A stretch of DNA of 63,954 bases, filler included, from an uncultured bacterium (GTDB taxonomy: Bacteria > CAZSTA01), in assembly GCA_964609495.1 (NCBI GenBank). It is 3 parts of 3 records of this genome, joined end to end, with 100 filler letters (N's around TTAATTAATTAA, not from the genome) between each part and the next. Parts side by side here need not be neighbours in the genome. Positions count along the whole stretch, not along the records: positions 1 to 25,171 come from CAZSTA010000031.1; positions 25,272 to 50,388 come from CAZSTA010000032.1; 1 more part is not named here. One strand, given 5' to 3'. The position numbers and the translations under genes were made by a program. Positions 19,827 through 30,415 of this stretch are shown here, in pieces (the first letter of the stretch is position 1; each line of letters starts with the position of its first letter). Below the pieces are notes generated by a model. The model was not told the DNA's origin, searched no databases, and saw only the letters and a program-made list of their open reading frames with translations.

Positions 19827-21176
19827 ATGGAGATGAATATCTCGAGCAAATTTCCAAAGATATTATTAATTGCCCTGATATTCCCTATCATTCTTCTTGC
19901 TTCGCAGATAGCTATAGGCCAAGAGAAGGTAGTATATATAATTCCTATCCGGGGTGATATCGAGCTAGGGTTATCCCGTTTTCTCCAGAGAGCCTTAAAA
20001 ACGGCTCAGAGAGAGAAAGCGGATGCCGTTATCCTAGAGATAGATACCTTTGGGGGAAGAGTCGATGCGGCTACTCAGATGAAGGATGCTTTGATGGATT
20101 CAGATATCCTGACCATCGCTTTTGTGCAGAGGGGCTGGTCGGCTGGAGCTTTAATCACTCTAGCTTGTGATCATATCGTGATGAAACCGGGGAGTAGTAT
20201 AGGGGCGGCTGAACCCATAGTAGGAGGAGGGATAACGGAATCTCAGCCTGCTGATGAGAAGGTTGTCTCAGCTTTAAGAGAGGAATTTCGCTCTACGGCG
20301 GAGGATAACGGTCACCCTGGAGATATTGCCGCGGCGATGGTTGACAAGGATATCGAAATTGAGGGCGTGATCGAAAAGGGGAAGTTGCTAACTTTAGCCG
20401 CCGAGGAAGCATTAGAACTTAAAGTGGCTGATAGAAAATTGGAAAAGATAGAGTCTGTTCTGGAGGCATATGACCTAGAGGGTGCGAGGCAAGTCATCGT
20501 ATCACTTAATTGGGCGGAGCAGGTGAGTCGTTTTGTTACTAGTTCTATCGTTAGCTCGCTTCTTCTCACCCTAGGTTTTCTAGGGCTAATTTGGGAATTT
20601 CGCACTCCCACTTGGGGAATAGCCGGGACCTTCGGGATCCTATCTTTAGCCCTCTTCTTTGGTGGACATATGATCGCTGGATTAGCTGGTTGGGAATCTA
20701 TTCTCCTATTTGCGGTGGGATCATTCCTCCTCGCCCTGGAGATCTTCGTCATACCAGGCTTTGGTATAACCGGCGTCTCAGGGATAATAGCGATTCTCCT
20801 AAGCCTATTTATGTCCTTTGGGGGTAACTACATCGAGGCTGCCTATAGCATTCTAGGCGCTTTCCTAGCCACGGTGATTATATCCTTGTTGCTACTTCGT
20901 TATATCCCCCGTACCAAAGCTTGGAATAAATTAGTTCTAAGCACTGGGGAAACGGCTGAATTGGGATTCTCGGCAACTCCTCAGAAGGAGAAAAAAAGGT
21001 ATTTAGGAGAGAGAGGAAGGAGTATCTCTATGCTTCGTCCGGCGGGAGTAGCTGAGATAAATGGGGAGAGAATCGATGTCGTCTCAGAGGGGGATTTCAT
21101 CCCTCCCTATACTGAGATAGAGGTGGTCAAAGTTAGCGATAATCGAGTAGTAGTTCGCGCTCTTCTTTCAGATTAG
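19827..21176 (+). CDS. nfeD: NfeD family membrane-bound ClpP-class serine protease
   Basis: IDTFGG, WSAGALI, SIGAAEP, transmembrane block, C-terminal LRPAG OB-fold. Confidence 0.92.
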   Translation: MEMNISSKFPKILLIALIFPIILLASQIAIGQEKVVYIIPIRGDIELGLSRFLQRALKTAQREKADAVILEIDTFGGRVDAATQMKDALMDSDILTIAFVQRGWSAGALITLACDHIVMKPGSSIGAAEPIVGGGITESQPADEKVVSALREEFRSTAEDNGHPGDIAAAMVDKDIEIEGVIEKGKLLTLAAEEALELKVADRKLEKIESVLEAYDLEGARQVIVSLNWAEQVSRFVTSSIVSSLLLTLGFLGLIWEFRTPTWGIAGTFGILSLALFFGGHMIAGLAGWESILLFAVGSFLLALEIFVIPGFGITGVSGIIAILLSLFMSFGGNYIEAAYSILGAFLATVIISLLLLRYIPRTKAWNKLVLSTGETAELGFSATPQKEKKRYLGERGRSISMLRPAGVAEINGERIDVVSEGDFIPPYTEIEVVKVSDNRVVVRALLSD

Positions 21177-21242
21177 GCAGGGAGAGATGTTGGGATCTCA
21201 TTCTGTTACCTCTCCCTCAAGGAAATACTCGACTGCTATGAG

Positions 21243-21737
21243 GTGATAACCTTGTGGATGGTCTTATTTATCCTATTCTTAGGGGGGATAGTTCTTATCT
21301 TCGTAGAGGTATTTCTGACCCCTGGCTTCGGAGTGGCTGGAATAAGTGGCATTACCCTACTAGCTAGTAGTGTAGTATGGGCTTTTATGAAAGCTGACTC
21401 TACGATAGCTGGCTATTTCACTTTAATAGCTCTATCAGTATTTCTGGTAATCATAGCAGGTGTAGCCAAGTTCTGGCCCAAGAGCAAAAGCTGGAAGAAG
21501 CTCGTCTTAAACACGGCTGAAACGAAGTCATCTGGCTTCTCATCATCCTCTCCAGATATAGGGAAGTGGCTAGGAAAGATTGGTTCTACCATATCCATAC
21601 TTCGCCCCTCGGGAGTTGCCGAGATCGAAGGAGTTAAATTAGATGTGGTAACTAAGGGTGAGTTCATACCACCTCATTCGAAGATAAAGGTAATCAAGGT
21701 AGAGGGAAATAGAATCGTAGTGGAAAGAGTAGAATAA
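21243..21737 (+). CDS. Short NfeD-like protein (transmembrane segments + OB fold)
   Basis: E.F.TPGFGVAGISG, LRPSG.AEI.G, V..VEGNRIVV. Confidence 0.85.
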   Translation: MITLWMVLFILFLGGIVLIFVEVFLTPGFGVAGISGITLLASSVVWAFMKADSTIAGYFTLIALSVFLVIIAGVAKFWPKSKSWKKLVLNTAETKSSGFSSSSPDIGKWLGKIGSTISILRPSGVAEIEGVKLDVVTKGEFIPPHSKIKVIKVEGNRIVVERVE

Positions 21738-21761
21738 AAATGTAAAGGAGGAGGAATTATT

Positions 21762-22769
21762 GTGCCAGAAGCATTAGCAGGGTTTTTAGTAATTGTTATC
21801 ATAGTTATCGTCGCTCTATTTATCCTGCTCCAATTTATCCCCTTAGCTCTGTGGATATCCGCCTATGCGGCAGGTGTGCGGGTCGGTTTCTTCAATCTCA
21901 TTGGAATGCGCTTAAGGAGAGTCGCTCCTCATAGGATCATCCACCCTTTGATCAAAGCTACTAAGGCGGGATTGGAACTCCAGATAGATAGATTAGAAGC
22001 TCACTATCTAGCTGGAGGTGATGTGGATAGAGTGGTGAACTCTCTCATCGCGGCTCAAAGAGCGAATATAGAGCTGAATTTTGAGAGATCTGCGGCTATC
22101 GATCTAGCTGGGAGAGATGTGCTTGATGCAGTTAAGATGAGCGTTAACCCGCGGGTGATTCAAACTCCCATAGTATCGGCAGTGGCTAAGAACGGAATCC
22201 AGCTCAAAGCTTTTGCTCGGGTAACTGTCAGAGCTAATTTAGATAGACTCGTAGGAGGAGCTGGAGAGGAAACCGTCGTCGCTAGAGTGGGTGAGGGTAT
22301 AGTAACCACCATCGGATCATCTATTAGTCATGAGAACGTGCTGGAGAATCCCGACTCGATATCTAAAACCGTGTTGCAGAAAGGACTTGATGCAGGAACT
22401 GCCTTTGAGATTCTCTCCATAGATATCGCGGATGTCGATGTGGGAGAGAACATAGGGGCGAAACTTCAGACTGATCAGGCGGAGGCGGATATGAGAATCG
22501 CTAGGGCGAGGGCCGAGGAGCGTCGAGCGATGGCTGTCGCTAGGGAACAAGAGATGAAAGCGATGGTCCGAGAGATGAGGGCGAAGGTTGTGGAAGCTGA
22601 GGCTGAGGTTCCCCGAGCGATCGCCGATGCTTTCCGCGAAGGTAAATTGGGGGTTATGGATTACTATCAGATGCGCAATATTATGGCTGATACAGGTATG
22701 CGAGAAGCTATATCCCAAGCTCAAGCCCCTCCAACTGGCGGTGCAGAAGAGCCTGAATCGACAACTTAA
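21762..22769 (+). CDS. floA: Flotillin-like protein FloA
   Basis: [48 protein letters not shown]. Confidence 0.96.
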   Translation: MPEALAGFLVIVIIVIVALFILLQFIPLALWISAYAAGVRVGFFNLIGMRLRRVAPHRIIHPLIKATKAGLELQIDRLEAHYLAGGDVDRVVNSLIAAQRANIELNFERSAAIDLAGRDVLDAVKMSVNPRVIQTPIVSAVAKNGIQLKAFARVTVRANLDRLVGGAGEETVVARVGEGIVTTIGSSISHENVLENPDSISKTVLQKGLDAGTAFEILSIDIADVDVGENIGAKLQTDQAEADMRIARARAEERRAMAVAREQEMKAMVREMRAKVVEAEAEVPRAIADAFREGKLGVMDYYQMRNIMADTGMREAISQAQAPPTGGAEEPESTT

Positions 22770-22846
22770 TAGAGTTTCGAAAGAATGCCAGATAGGCAAG
22801 GTTGAGAAGCCTCAAGAGCGTTAAGTTGGATAGGAGACTATCTGGT

Positions 22847-22898
22847 GAAAAGGAAACTTTTTCACCTTGAGTTTTATGGGAAGCAAAAGTTTCCTTTC
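22847..22898 (+). repeat. REP-like palindrome (family A)
   Basis: GAAAAGGAAACTTTTT-CACCTTGAGTTTTATGGGAAGC-AAAAGTTTCCTTTC. Confidence 0.82.
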
Positions 22899-22942
22899 AG
22901 GTGAGACCAGAAGTCTGACTTGAGTTGAAAGTAGAGGATCAA

Positions 22943-23419
22943 ATGGAAGCCTTTGTTATAATATTTATCATATGGATAGCCATTTCGTTACTAACTCGCC
23001 TCTTAAGCTCGGCTGGAAAGGCTGGGAGTTCTAAACCAACAGAAAAATTCTTAATTAGAGGAGGGGAGGAGAAACAATATAAGGGTGCTTTAACTGATAG
23101 GATAAGGGAGGACCTCCTCGCCTACTCTGGAATTAAGCAAGTCGGGGAGCAGGGGGAAGCGGGAAGCTCTGTTCAGATTCTCGTCGCTCCCGAGGAAGCT
23201 TCTCATTATCCTGAATTGGAAGAAGAGTTAGAAACCCCGATATTTGAAGAGAGACCTAAACCTCTTCGACAGAAGGAGAAGATCGAGAAACCCTCTCCAC
23301 CGTCTATCCCTCAGAGAGCTGCGCTTCCGAAGTTCAATGTCTCTACTCTTCAGCAAGCCATAATTATGGTTGAGATATTAGGACCACCTCGAGCCAGAAG
23401 GCAACTTCGCAGACTATAA
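22943..23419 (+). CDS. Hypothetical membrane-anchored protein (YqfB-like position)
   Basis: N-terminal transmembrane segment; C-terminal LQQAIIMVEILGPPRA motif typical of proteins downstream of floA. Confidence 0.7.
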   Translation: MEAFVIIFIIWIAISLLTRLLSSAGKAGSSKPTEKFLIRGGEEKQYKGALTDRIREDLLAYSGIKQVGEQGEAGSSVQILVAPEEASHYPELEEELETPIFEERPKPLRQKEKIEKPSPPSIPQRAALPKFNVSTLQQAIIMVEILGPPRARRQLRRL

Positions 23420-23495
23420 TGAGGGGGAAATTCCCCCTTCAAACCCTCTTATATCAAATAAATAATCTTCTCCTATTTTCAGAAATTATTTAGAG

Positions 23496-24542
23496 ATGGG
23501 GGATTATTTGAAAGAAGTTATTCTTTCCCTTGAAAACGAAGAGGAATCCAGAGATCTTTTTGGACAATATGATAACAATCTAAAATTGATAGAAGCCAGC
23601 TTCCCAGTCAAGATAGTAGCCCGAGGAAGGGAGATCACTATAAGTGGGGAAGCTGGTGAGGTTTATAGGACTCAAAGGTTATTCAACGAACTTCTGATAG
23701 CCATACGTTCGGGACATATCCTAAGATCTCCTGATATTAAATATGCTATTAGGATGATAAAGGATGACTCCTCTTTCTCCTTGCAGGATTTAGTGAATAG
23801 TGTGATTCAAGTAACTCCGCGAGGTAAGCAGATAAAGCCTAAGACCACTGGTCAGAAAAAATATGTCGAGGCTATCCGAAAGTTCGATATAGTATTTTCC
23901 ATTGGTCCAGCGGGAACTGGAAAGACTTATCTAGCTATGGCGATGGCGATCTCTGCTCTCGCTAACAGAGAGATCAGCCGTATCATTCTAGTTCGTCCCG
24001 CAGTGGAGGCTGGGGAAAAATTGGGCTTCCTGCCTGGTGATCTTCAGCAAAAGGTCGATCCCTACCTGAGACCATTATATGACGCTATCTACGATATGAT
24101 GGAGGTCGATAGATTCCAGAAGTATATGGAAAGGGGTATCATCGAGGTTGCTCCCCTAGCCTATATGAGAGGAAGAACGCTCAACGATGCCTTCGTCATC
24201 CTTGATGAGGCTCAGAATACTACCCCAGAGCAGATGAAGATGTTCTTAACTCGTCTCGGTTTCGGCTCTAAGACCGTTATAACCGGGGATATAACCCAAA
24301 TAGATCTACCTAATGATAAGTACTCTGGTCTATTACAAGCTAGAGATATACTGAAGGATGTGGAGGGGATCGAGTTCATCTATCTGACGGATAAGGATGT
24401 AGTTAGACACGAATTAGTTCAGAAGATCATCAAAGCCTATGAGAATTATGAAAATTCCAGGAGGAAATCACCTCGATCTCTAAATAAAATAGGAGAGGTG
24501 GAGGGGAGGATTCCTCCCTTTACCAGAGAGAGATCCAGATAA
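23496..24542 (+). CDS. phoH: PhoH family ATPase
   Basis: GPAGTGKTYLA, RPAVEAGEKLGFLPGDL, APLAYMRGRTL, DEAQN. Confidence 0.96.
   Translation: MGDYLKEVILSLENEEESRDLFGQYDNNLKLIEASFPVKIVARGREITISGEAGEVYRTQRLFNELLIAIRSGHILRSPDIKYAIRMIKDDSSFSLQDLVNSVIQVTPRGKQIKPKTTGQKKYVEAIRKFDIVFSIGPAGTGKTYLAMAMAISALANREISRIILVRPAVEAGEKLGFLPGDLQQKVDPYLRPLYDAIYDMMEVDRFQKYMERGIIEVAPLAYMRGRTLNDAFVILDEAQNTTPEQMKMFLTRLGFGSKTVITGDITQIDLPNDKYSGLLQARDILKDVEGIEFIYLTDKDVVRHELVQKIIKAYENYENSRRKSPRSLNKIGEVEGRIPPFTRERSR
24491..24524 (+). repeat. GC-rich palindrome (family B) in frame in the PhoH C-terminal extension
   Basis: GGTGGAGGGGAGG-ATT-CCTCCCTTTACC; similar to 24956-24988. Confidence 0.7.
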
Positions 24543-25171
24543 ATGTTAAATAGTTTTAAGAGTTGGTGGTCTAGGATAAGTCGTAGAAATGATCACCAAA
24601 TTAAACGTAAGAGTAAAAAGTCTCCCTACTGGAGAAGAGCCGTAATAGGGATAGCTGTCTTTATCGCTCTTCTCCTTATCCTCAATATGAATTTCCATTC
24701 CAGTGGAGTAGCTATCAAACCAGGGCAGTTGAGTCCCAGAGATATTAAATCTGGAAAGACAATTGAGATCGAGGATAAAGAGGCAGGAGAGAAGTTGAGG
24801 GAGAGCGCTGCTAGAGCTGTTGAACCAGTATATAACATAGATCCCAAGATCGCCAATGAGACTATGTTTCGTATCGAAACCTTATTTAAGGTTGTCAAGG
24901 AGGCTAAACGAGATAAGAAGAGATCGGAAAAGGATTCCTCATCTCCTATAAATAAAGGAGGGGTAGAGGGGAGGACTCCTCCCCCTACGTATAGTTCTCT
25001 ATCCCAGGGAGTAGAAGTTGACCCAATCAAGCTACGCATAGATTCCTTAAAGAAGATGTTTCCTCGACTGCCCGATGATACAGTTTACCTTCTCCTGAAC
25101 TTCGAAGAGGAACAGTTGTCTCAATATGAACAAATGCTAGCTCAAATCATTGGGGAGATAATGAAAAGGGG
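24543..25171 (+). CDS. 7TM-HD family phosphohydrolase (PgpH-like), N-terminal part, truncated by contig end
   Basis: Transmembrane segment then G..SPRDIKS…IED.E…AV.PVY extracellular domain; follows phoH. Confidence 0.75.
24956..24988 (+). repeat. GC-rich palindrome (family B) in frame inside the HD-protein extracellular domain
   Basis: GTAGAGGGGAGG-ACT-CCTCCCCCTAC. Confidence 0.7.
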
Positions 25172-25271
25172 NNNNNNNNNNNNNNNNNNNNNNNNNNNNN
25201 NNNNNNNNNNNNNNNTTAATTAATTAANNNNNNNNNNNNNNNNNNNNNNNNNNNNNNNNNNNNNNNNNNNN
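25172..25271. other. Artificial contig-joining spacer
   Basis: N44-TTAATTAATTAA-N44 (stop codons in all six frames). Confidence 0.99.
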
Positions 25272-25485
25272 TTACTAAAACCAATAAAATAGTTGCGACA
25301 ACCAACATATCATATCTCATAAGAATAGAGTAAGTTAATACCATTCCAATCAAGAAACCAACTATAGCGAATAGAGGGCTAAAAATTTCAGATTTATTAT
25401 TGCTAATCCAACCAATGCTCAAAGATAATACTTCAAGTATAAATACCAAGATTATTAATACTATTATAGATAATCCAATATCCAT
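25272..25485 (-). CDS. Hypothetical membrane protein, truncated by contig edge
   Basis: Highly hydrophobic ORF with an AGGAG RBS, running into the gap. Confidence 0.6.
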
Positions 25486-25526
25486 ATCTAACTCCTACTA
25501 GGAATTTACCCTAATATTTAGTTTCA

Positions 25527-27149
25527 CTAGCTCCAAGCACAACGGAAACCTAAGATATCTAATCTAGTGCTAGGGCTATAGCGATAACGATAGGTGATGC
25601 GAGCATAACTTCCCGCATCGAGATAAGAGCCTCCGCGCGCTACTTTATACCTTCCATCTCTTGGACTTAGCGGATTGCGATCAGGGGCGAGGCGATAATA
25701 GTTCTCATCATACCAATCCGCAACCCATTCCCAGATATTCCCTGCCATATCAGTTACTCCATAAGGGCTATCACCTTCAGGAGAGTGTCTGCCGACCGAG
25801 GTAGTATCTCCAATTCCAGCGGGAAGGGTATTACATCTATCCTTATCGAAATTATCTCCCCATGGATATCTCCGACCATCGCTACCCCGAGCTGCCTTTT
25901 CCCACTCCGCCTCGGTAGGCAGACGCTTCCCCGCCCACTCTGCATAAGCCTTGGCATCCTCCCAACTTACTCCAACTACCGGATGATCATCCTTGCCAGA
26001 GGGATAAGTTCCCTTTATCCAGCCCTCGGGATATTTATGCTTTGTATCCCTTATAAATTCTGTGTATTCTCTATTGGTCACTGGATGCTCGTCTATATAA
26101 AAATCATCGAGGTAGATCTTCTTTTTGGGTCTCTCATCTGGGCTATCATCGCTTCCCCTGATGAACTCTCCCGCGGGAATGTGGATCATATCAGGAGGAG
26201 GGATCCTCCCAGAAGTAGCAGTTGATATAGAAGGTTGAATTACTCCACCCTCTAACTCCATTCGCATTTCATCCACAGTTCGATATCTCTTCTCCGCCTT
26301 CAAACTCAGCGCTTTAGCTACTATCTGACTTAGACGAGGGGAAACATTCGGATTCATACTCCGAACAGGAGGAAAGGAGAAAGGAGTCCTTTGTCTAGGG
26401 TCCTGCCCAGTAAGGAGATGATGCATCGTTGCTCCCAACGAATAGACATCAGATCTCGGCTCTGCCATCCCTTGATATTGCTCTGGAGGAGCGTAACCAG
26501 GCGTTCCGATCATAGTCCCTTTGACTTTGGGGTCAAATACCTTAGCTATCCCGAAATCCACTAGTATCGCCTTATCAGCGGAGTTAATAACTATATTGGA
26601 TGGCTTGATATCTCTATAGATGATGATCTGAGGATGACGATTATCGGGATGTTCGAAATTATGCAGATAGCTTAGGACACTACAAAGTTGCAGAGCCCAA
26701 GCGACAACTCTCTTTTCGGGCAAGCCTCTTGGATATCCAGCTACTATCTTCTCCAAATCCTTCCCCTCTACATAATCCATAACCAGATAGTATCTTCCTG
26801 CTTCGATGAAGTAATCGTGGACTATCGGAAGGTGGGGATGGCGAAGGATGGAGAGTAATCTAGTCTCCTCGCGAAATCTCTTTATCGCGTAATCCCTCTC
26901 CTGCTGATCGGTGAAGCGATCGATCATCTCCTTGATAACGAAGGCTTTGTTATCCAACCTCGCATCAAGCGCCTTATATACATTTCCCATCCCGCCAGCG
27001 GAGAGGATCGAGGTTATGATATAACGACCCTTATCGATCGCGGTATTAACTGGGAGTTGCTTACTCAGGGGGATAAGTCTAATTCCACAGTTGGAACAGA
27101 AGCGAGCCTGGGGATGATTATCGAAGGAACAATTAGGACAAAGTGGCAT
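25527..27149 (-). CDS. Zinc ribbon-Ser/Thr kinase-FGE/SUMF1 (C-type lectin-like) domain protein
   Basis: CPNC…CSNC; GGMGNVY, VIKE, YRDIKPSN, DFG, GTPGYAPPEQ; HPVVGVSW, RLPTEAEWEKAARG, DMAGNIWEW, GFRC. Confidence 0.95.
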   Translation of the reverse strand: MPLCPNCSFDNHPQARFCSNCGIRLIPLSKQLPVNTAIDKGRYIITSILSAGGMGNVYKALDARLDNKAFVIKEMIDRFTDQQERDYAIKRFREETRLLSILRHPHLPIVHDYFIEAGRYYLVMDYVEGKDLEKIVAGYPRGLPEKRVVAWALQLCSVLSYLHNFEHPDNRHPQIIIYRDIKPSNIVINSADKAILVDFGIAKVFDPKVKGTMIGTPGYAPPEQYQGMAEPRSDVYSLGATMHHLLTGQDPRQRTPFSFPPVRSMNPNVSPRLSQIVAKALSLKAEKRYRTVDEMRMELEGGVIQPSISTATSGRIPPPDMIHIPAGEFIRGSDDSPDERPKKKIYLDDFYIDEHPVTNREYTEFIRDTKHKYPEGWIKGTYPSGKDDHPVVGVSWEDAKAYAEWAGKRLPTEAEWEKAARGSDGRRYPWGDNFDKDRCNTLPAGIGDTTSVGRHSPEGDSPYGVTDMAGNIWEWVADWYDENYYRLAPDRNPLSPRDGRYKVARGGSYLDAGSYARITYRYRYSPSTRLDILGFRCAWS

Positions 27150-27160
27150 ATTCTAGACCT

Positions 27161-28027
27161 CTATCTGAAACCAATCCTATACCATAACTCGAGAACAAGT
27201 AGAAGGTCATAAAGCGAGTGCGTGTAAGCGGCTATGCCGAAACCTCGATAGATGAATAGTAGGGAGAACACCAAACCAGCGTTGAATCTGAATAGGAAAG
27301 ATTTAAGAGTGAATATATCGCTAAAAGCTCCTAGGTAGTGGGAGAGAGAGAAGAGAAAGGCTCCTAAAACTATAGCTAATATCCTAGAGCGAGTTTTAGT
27401 GAGTTGAGGTATCTTCGTAAAGGCGAAGGCTAGCGCGCTTACCAAGAGAAGACGATAGACCAATTCCTCGTATATCCCCGCTCCTAGGGAAAGCACCAGA
27501 CTAGTTCCCAATCCTAGTCTTATAGGCTTAGCAACAAATATGGAGGTGATCATTCCTACTACTATACCAAATAGAGAGGCATAAAGCAAACTTTCGGCGA
27601 GCATAAGCATAAAATATTTAAGCTTTATTACATATCTTCTTCTTGTAATCTCATACCAGATGAAAATAGCTGAGGCTATCACTAAAGCCAGGGTGAAATA
27701 GAGAAAGCCATAGATCCCAAAGAGCGCCAGGATACGCTTTATAAGGACATCGGAGGCATTTCTGATCCCTGCGAATTCGGAACGATTGACGATCATCGCT
27801 CCTATTTCATAGATGAAGAGCAGAGGAAGAACGAATATCACGCTGTAAAGAGGGGTCCTGGAGAGGTTAAAGTAATCCTCCCATGAGGTCTTTCTCTCTC
27901 TGTTATCACTAAGAGGATCTATGATCTCGCTATCTTTACCATCCTTCGGTAGAGCATACCCACATTTACCACAATATTTAGCAGAAGAGTGATTCAAAAA
28001 ATCGCAATTGGGACATATATTATACAT
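27161..28027 (-). CDS. Zinc ribbon-CPBP (Abi/CAAX type II) intramembrane metalloprotease
   Basis: CPNC…CGKC; EELVYR, FSLSH and HSLYD motifs in a multi-transmembrane protein. Confidence 0.88.
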   Translation of the reverse strand: MYNICPNCDFLNHSSAKYCGKCGYALPKDGKDSEIIDPLSDNRERKTSWEDYFNLSRTPLYSVIFVLPLLFIYEIGAMIVNRSEFAGIRNASDVLIKRILALFGIYGFLYFTLALVIASAIFIWYEITRRRYVIKLKYFMLMLAESLLYASLFGIVVGMITSIFVAKPIRLGLGTSLVLSLGAGIYEELVYRLLLVSALAFAFTKIPQLTKTRSRILAIVLGAFLFSLSHYLGAFSDIFTLKSFLFRFNAGLVFSLLFIYRGFGIAAYTHSLYDLLLVLELWYRIGFR

Positions 28028-29240
28028 CTAAATCCTGACCACACTTTCTACAAAATTTTGCATTACCCCTATTCTCCTCACCACACTTAGGACATATCTT
28101 AGGTGAGGAAATAGTTCCCTCCTCAAATTTCTCAACTTCAGCTATTAAGTTGGCAATCTCCTCATCAGGTGGCTCTTGGGAATCAGACTCGACATATTGG
28201 ATGATAACCTCCTCAGTGGCTATCTCATCTCTCCTTCTGGTCTCTTTAGCAGAGGGGGAGAGATTACCCCTTAGCTCAAGTTGAGCGATCCTATATCTTC
28301 CTGCCCCTCGAGGAGGAAGATTTAGTTCGAGAAGATATATCTGAGTCGGATATTCCCTCAACTCGTCAAGGTTTATAGTGAAGACCTTATCAGTGATGCC
28401 TATCCCTTCAAGCCTCTTTAATTCGGGGAGAAACTTATAGGCGCTATTGAGCTTCACCTCTCCGGATAATATTATGAGCAATCTCGGATTAGATACTAGA
28501 ATTGGTCTCCAACTCCCGACTAATTCCTCGGCGAAGTTTTCTGGGATCATAGCTGGATAGCCTGCTTTCCGTCCTTCTCCCTTCGTTATCTCAGCTATAT
28601 CCGAGAGTAATTCTTCATCGAAGTCCGCTCCGAGGCCTAGGATAGTTGTGTTTATACTCTCTTTGAGAAGCAGTTGAGCGAGATCGCGACACTTATCTGC
28701 ATCAGTGGTTTTACTATCGGAGAAGATCATAAGCCGTTTGATATCATCATCTGAGTTCCTAAGAAGTTCCAAACGTCCTAGATTCATCCCCTCATATAAA
28801 TTGGAGGTATATTCCTTGGCGCGTTTAGTGACGAAAGCCATTATCTTCGGCCCAACACCACTATCCTTTATATTCATCCCCAAGGCTTTCATCCCTAGCT
28901 CCCTTATATTCGCCGAAGTGATCTCAGTGCTGGGAATACATAGCAGGGCTTTCTCAGAATCATAAGTTACTAGGGAGAAGCGATCCTCCTCCTGAAGATT
29001 ACCTATTATAGGCAATATAACCCTCTGAATTAGGTTCGCTTTATCGTATATCCCTCCACTTTCTCTGCGATAAAATGACTTAGCCAGATCAAACACCAAA
29101 CAGAGGTTAAGTGGTCTTCGTTCAAAAGTGATCTTTTCTCCTGCTCTCACCTCCACTTTAAGATGATCGACTTGTTCCTTATTTCCCGCTAATATCCGCT
29201 CTCGTTCGAGTGTGCACTCTAAGGTCAACTCCTCGGACAT
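28020..29240 (-). CDS. vWA domain protein with degenerate MIDAS and C-terminal zinc ribbon
   Basis: PLNLCLVFD, GLGADFDEELL..IA, LELNLPPR..GRYRIAQL shared with 37477-38748; DxSxS lost; CPKC…CRKC. Confidence 0.82.
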   Translation of the reverse strand: MSEELTLECTLERERILAGNKEQVDHLKVEVRAGEKITFERRPLNLCLVFDLAKSFYRRESGGIYDKANLIQRVILPIIGNLQEEDRFSLVTYDSEKALLCIPSTEITSANIRELGMKALGMNIKDSGVGPKIMAFVTKRAKEYTSNLYEGMNLGRLELLRNSDDDIKRLMIFSDSKTTDADKCRDLAQLLLKESINTTILGLGADFDEELLSDIAEITKGEGRKAGYPAMIPENFAEELVGSWRPILVSNPRLLIILSGEVKLNSAYKFLPELKRLEGIGITDKVFTINLDELREYPTQIYLLELNLPPRGAGRYRIAQLELRGNLSPSAKETRRRDEIATEEVIIQYVESDSQEPPDEEIANLIAEVEKFEEGTISSPKICPKCGEENRGNAKFCRKCGQDLDV

Positions 29241-29258
29241 TTTATCTCTCCTTTATCC

Positions 29259-30356
29259 TCAATCAGAAACGATAGTTTTGGTTATCAACTCTACTACCCC
29301 TCTATTTACCCTTTCTGAAGGGGATGAAACATAATTAACGATTATATCCTCCGAGAGAACTTTCTCCTCCTCGGAATCAGGAGGCACATAGCTCAGTTGA
29401 ACTTGGGCTATCCTATATCTCCCCTCTGGTCGAGGAGGCATCACAAATTTCAAAAGATAAGTTTGCTGAGGATTACTCTCCAATCCTTTTAAGTAGATAT
29501 TACGCTCATCTTCTCCGCTCTCCACCTCTAACTTAGTTTTATCTGGGGTGAAGCTGTATCCCTCCTCTAATATAACCCCTTTAGTCGGTATAATTTTCAA
29601 TTTTGGCTCGCTAAATAGCATTTTGGTAGCAGAGCTTCGCCAGTTCCTTATTCGCTCGGCTATAGCCTCGGGCAGACCGGCTGGGTTTCCAGCCTCTAAA
29701 GCCTCCCCCCTTAATCTCTCCCCAATATTTGCTAACTGCTTGCTATTAAAGGAACGACCAACACCGATGATAGCCGACTCGATTCCGGCGGAGACGATCT
29801 GCTGAGCTACCTCATAACATTCTTGAATATCATCGATCTTATAATCACAGAAGATAAATAGTTGGGATTTAATCTCTTCAGATAAAGCCTTGATGATCTC
29901 CAACAAGCCCTTCCTCATTCCCCCTGCTAGGTTTACTCCTCTTCCCAAAAGAGGGAAGTTGAAGAAGAAGCCACCCTGATGAAGTTCAAACCTAAGCGAT
30001 TGTTTCTCCAGCGCTTTCATATTGCGAGAAGTTACCATCGTGCTTGGTAGGATGATCTCCGCTAATTCGTCATCGCCATAGGTTATTATCGATATGTAAT
30101 CTCCTTCTCTCAATTCGGCGAATAGGCTCTGAATCAGAGAGGTTAAAACCTCCGATTTTCTAACTCGATACATCCTCGAGATAGAATACCCACTCCCCAT
30201 AATATCCAATATTAAGCAGATATTTATAGGTTTCCATCTAAACCCACCCCCCAAATCTGCCTTGAGATCGAGGCGAAGATATACTACTGCCTCCTCATTT
30301 TTGAGAACTTGATCCTTATTCAAAGAGTGGGTTAGGGAGATTAGCTCTTTAGCCAT
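29259..30356 (-). CDS. vWA domain protein with degenerate MIDAS
   Basis: PINICLILD, GVGRSFN, PPRPEGRYRIAQV shared with the intact vWA paralogue. Confidence 0.8.
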   Translation of the reverse strand: MAKELISLTHSLNKDQVLKNEEAVVYLRLDLKADLGGGFRWKPINICLILDIMGSGYSISRMYRVRKSEVLTSLIQSLFAELREGDYISIITYGDDELAEIILPSTMVTSRNMKALEKQSLRFELHQGGFFFNFPLLGRGVNLAGGMRKGLLEIIKALSEEIKSQLFIFCDYKIDDIQECYEVAQQIVSAGIESAIIGVGRSFNSKQLANIGERLRGEALEAGNPAGLPEAIAERIRNWRSSATKMLFSEPKLKIIPTKGVILEEGYSFTPDKTKLEVESGEDERNIYLKGLESNPQQTYLLKFVMPPRPEGRYRIAQVQLSYVPPDSEEEKVLSEDIIVNYVSSPSERVNRGVVELITKTIVSD

Positions 30357-30415
30357 TATCGCCTCCTGTTCAATTCTCTTTTATTCATCATATATATCTC
30401 AGTGGCACTTCCTCG

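Noticed and set aside
25172-25271. TTAATTAATTAA palindrome in N runs (also 50389-50488) and ORFs running through them
   Set aside because: Artificial scaffold linker; adjacency and ORFs across it are not biological.
25527-25541. C-terminal CAWS of the kinase-FGE protein as a CaaX prenylation signal
   Set aside because: GFRC is the normal conserved end of FGE-sulfatase domains, so the match is probably coincidental.
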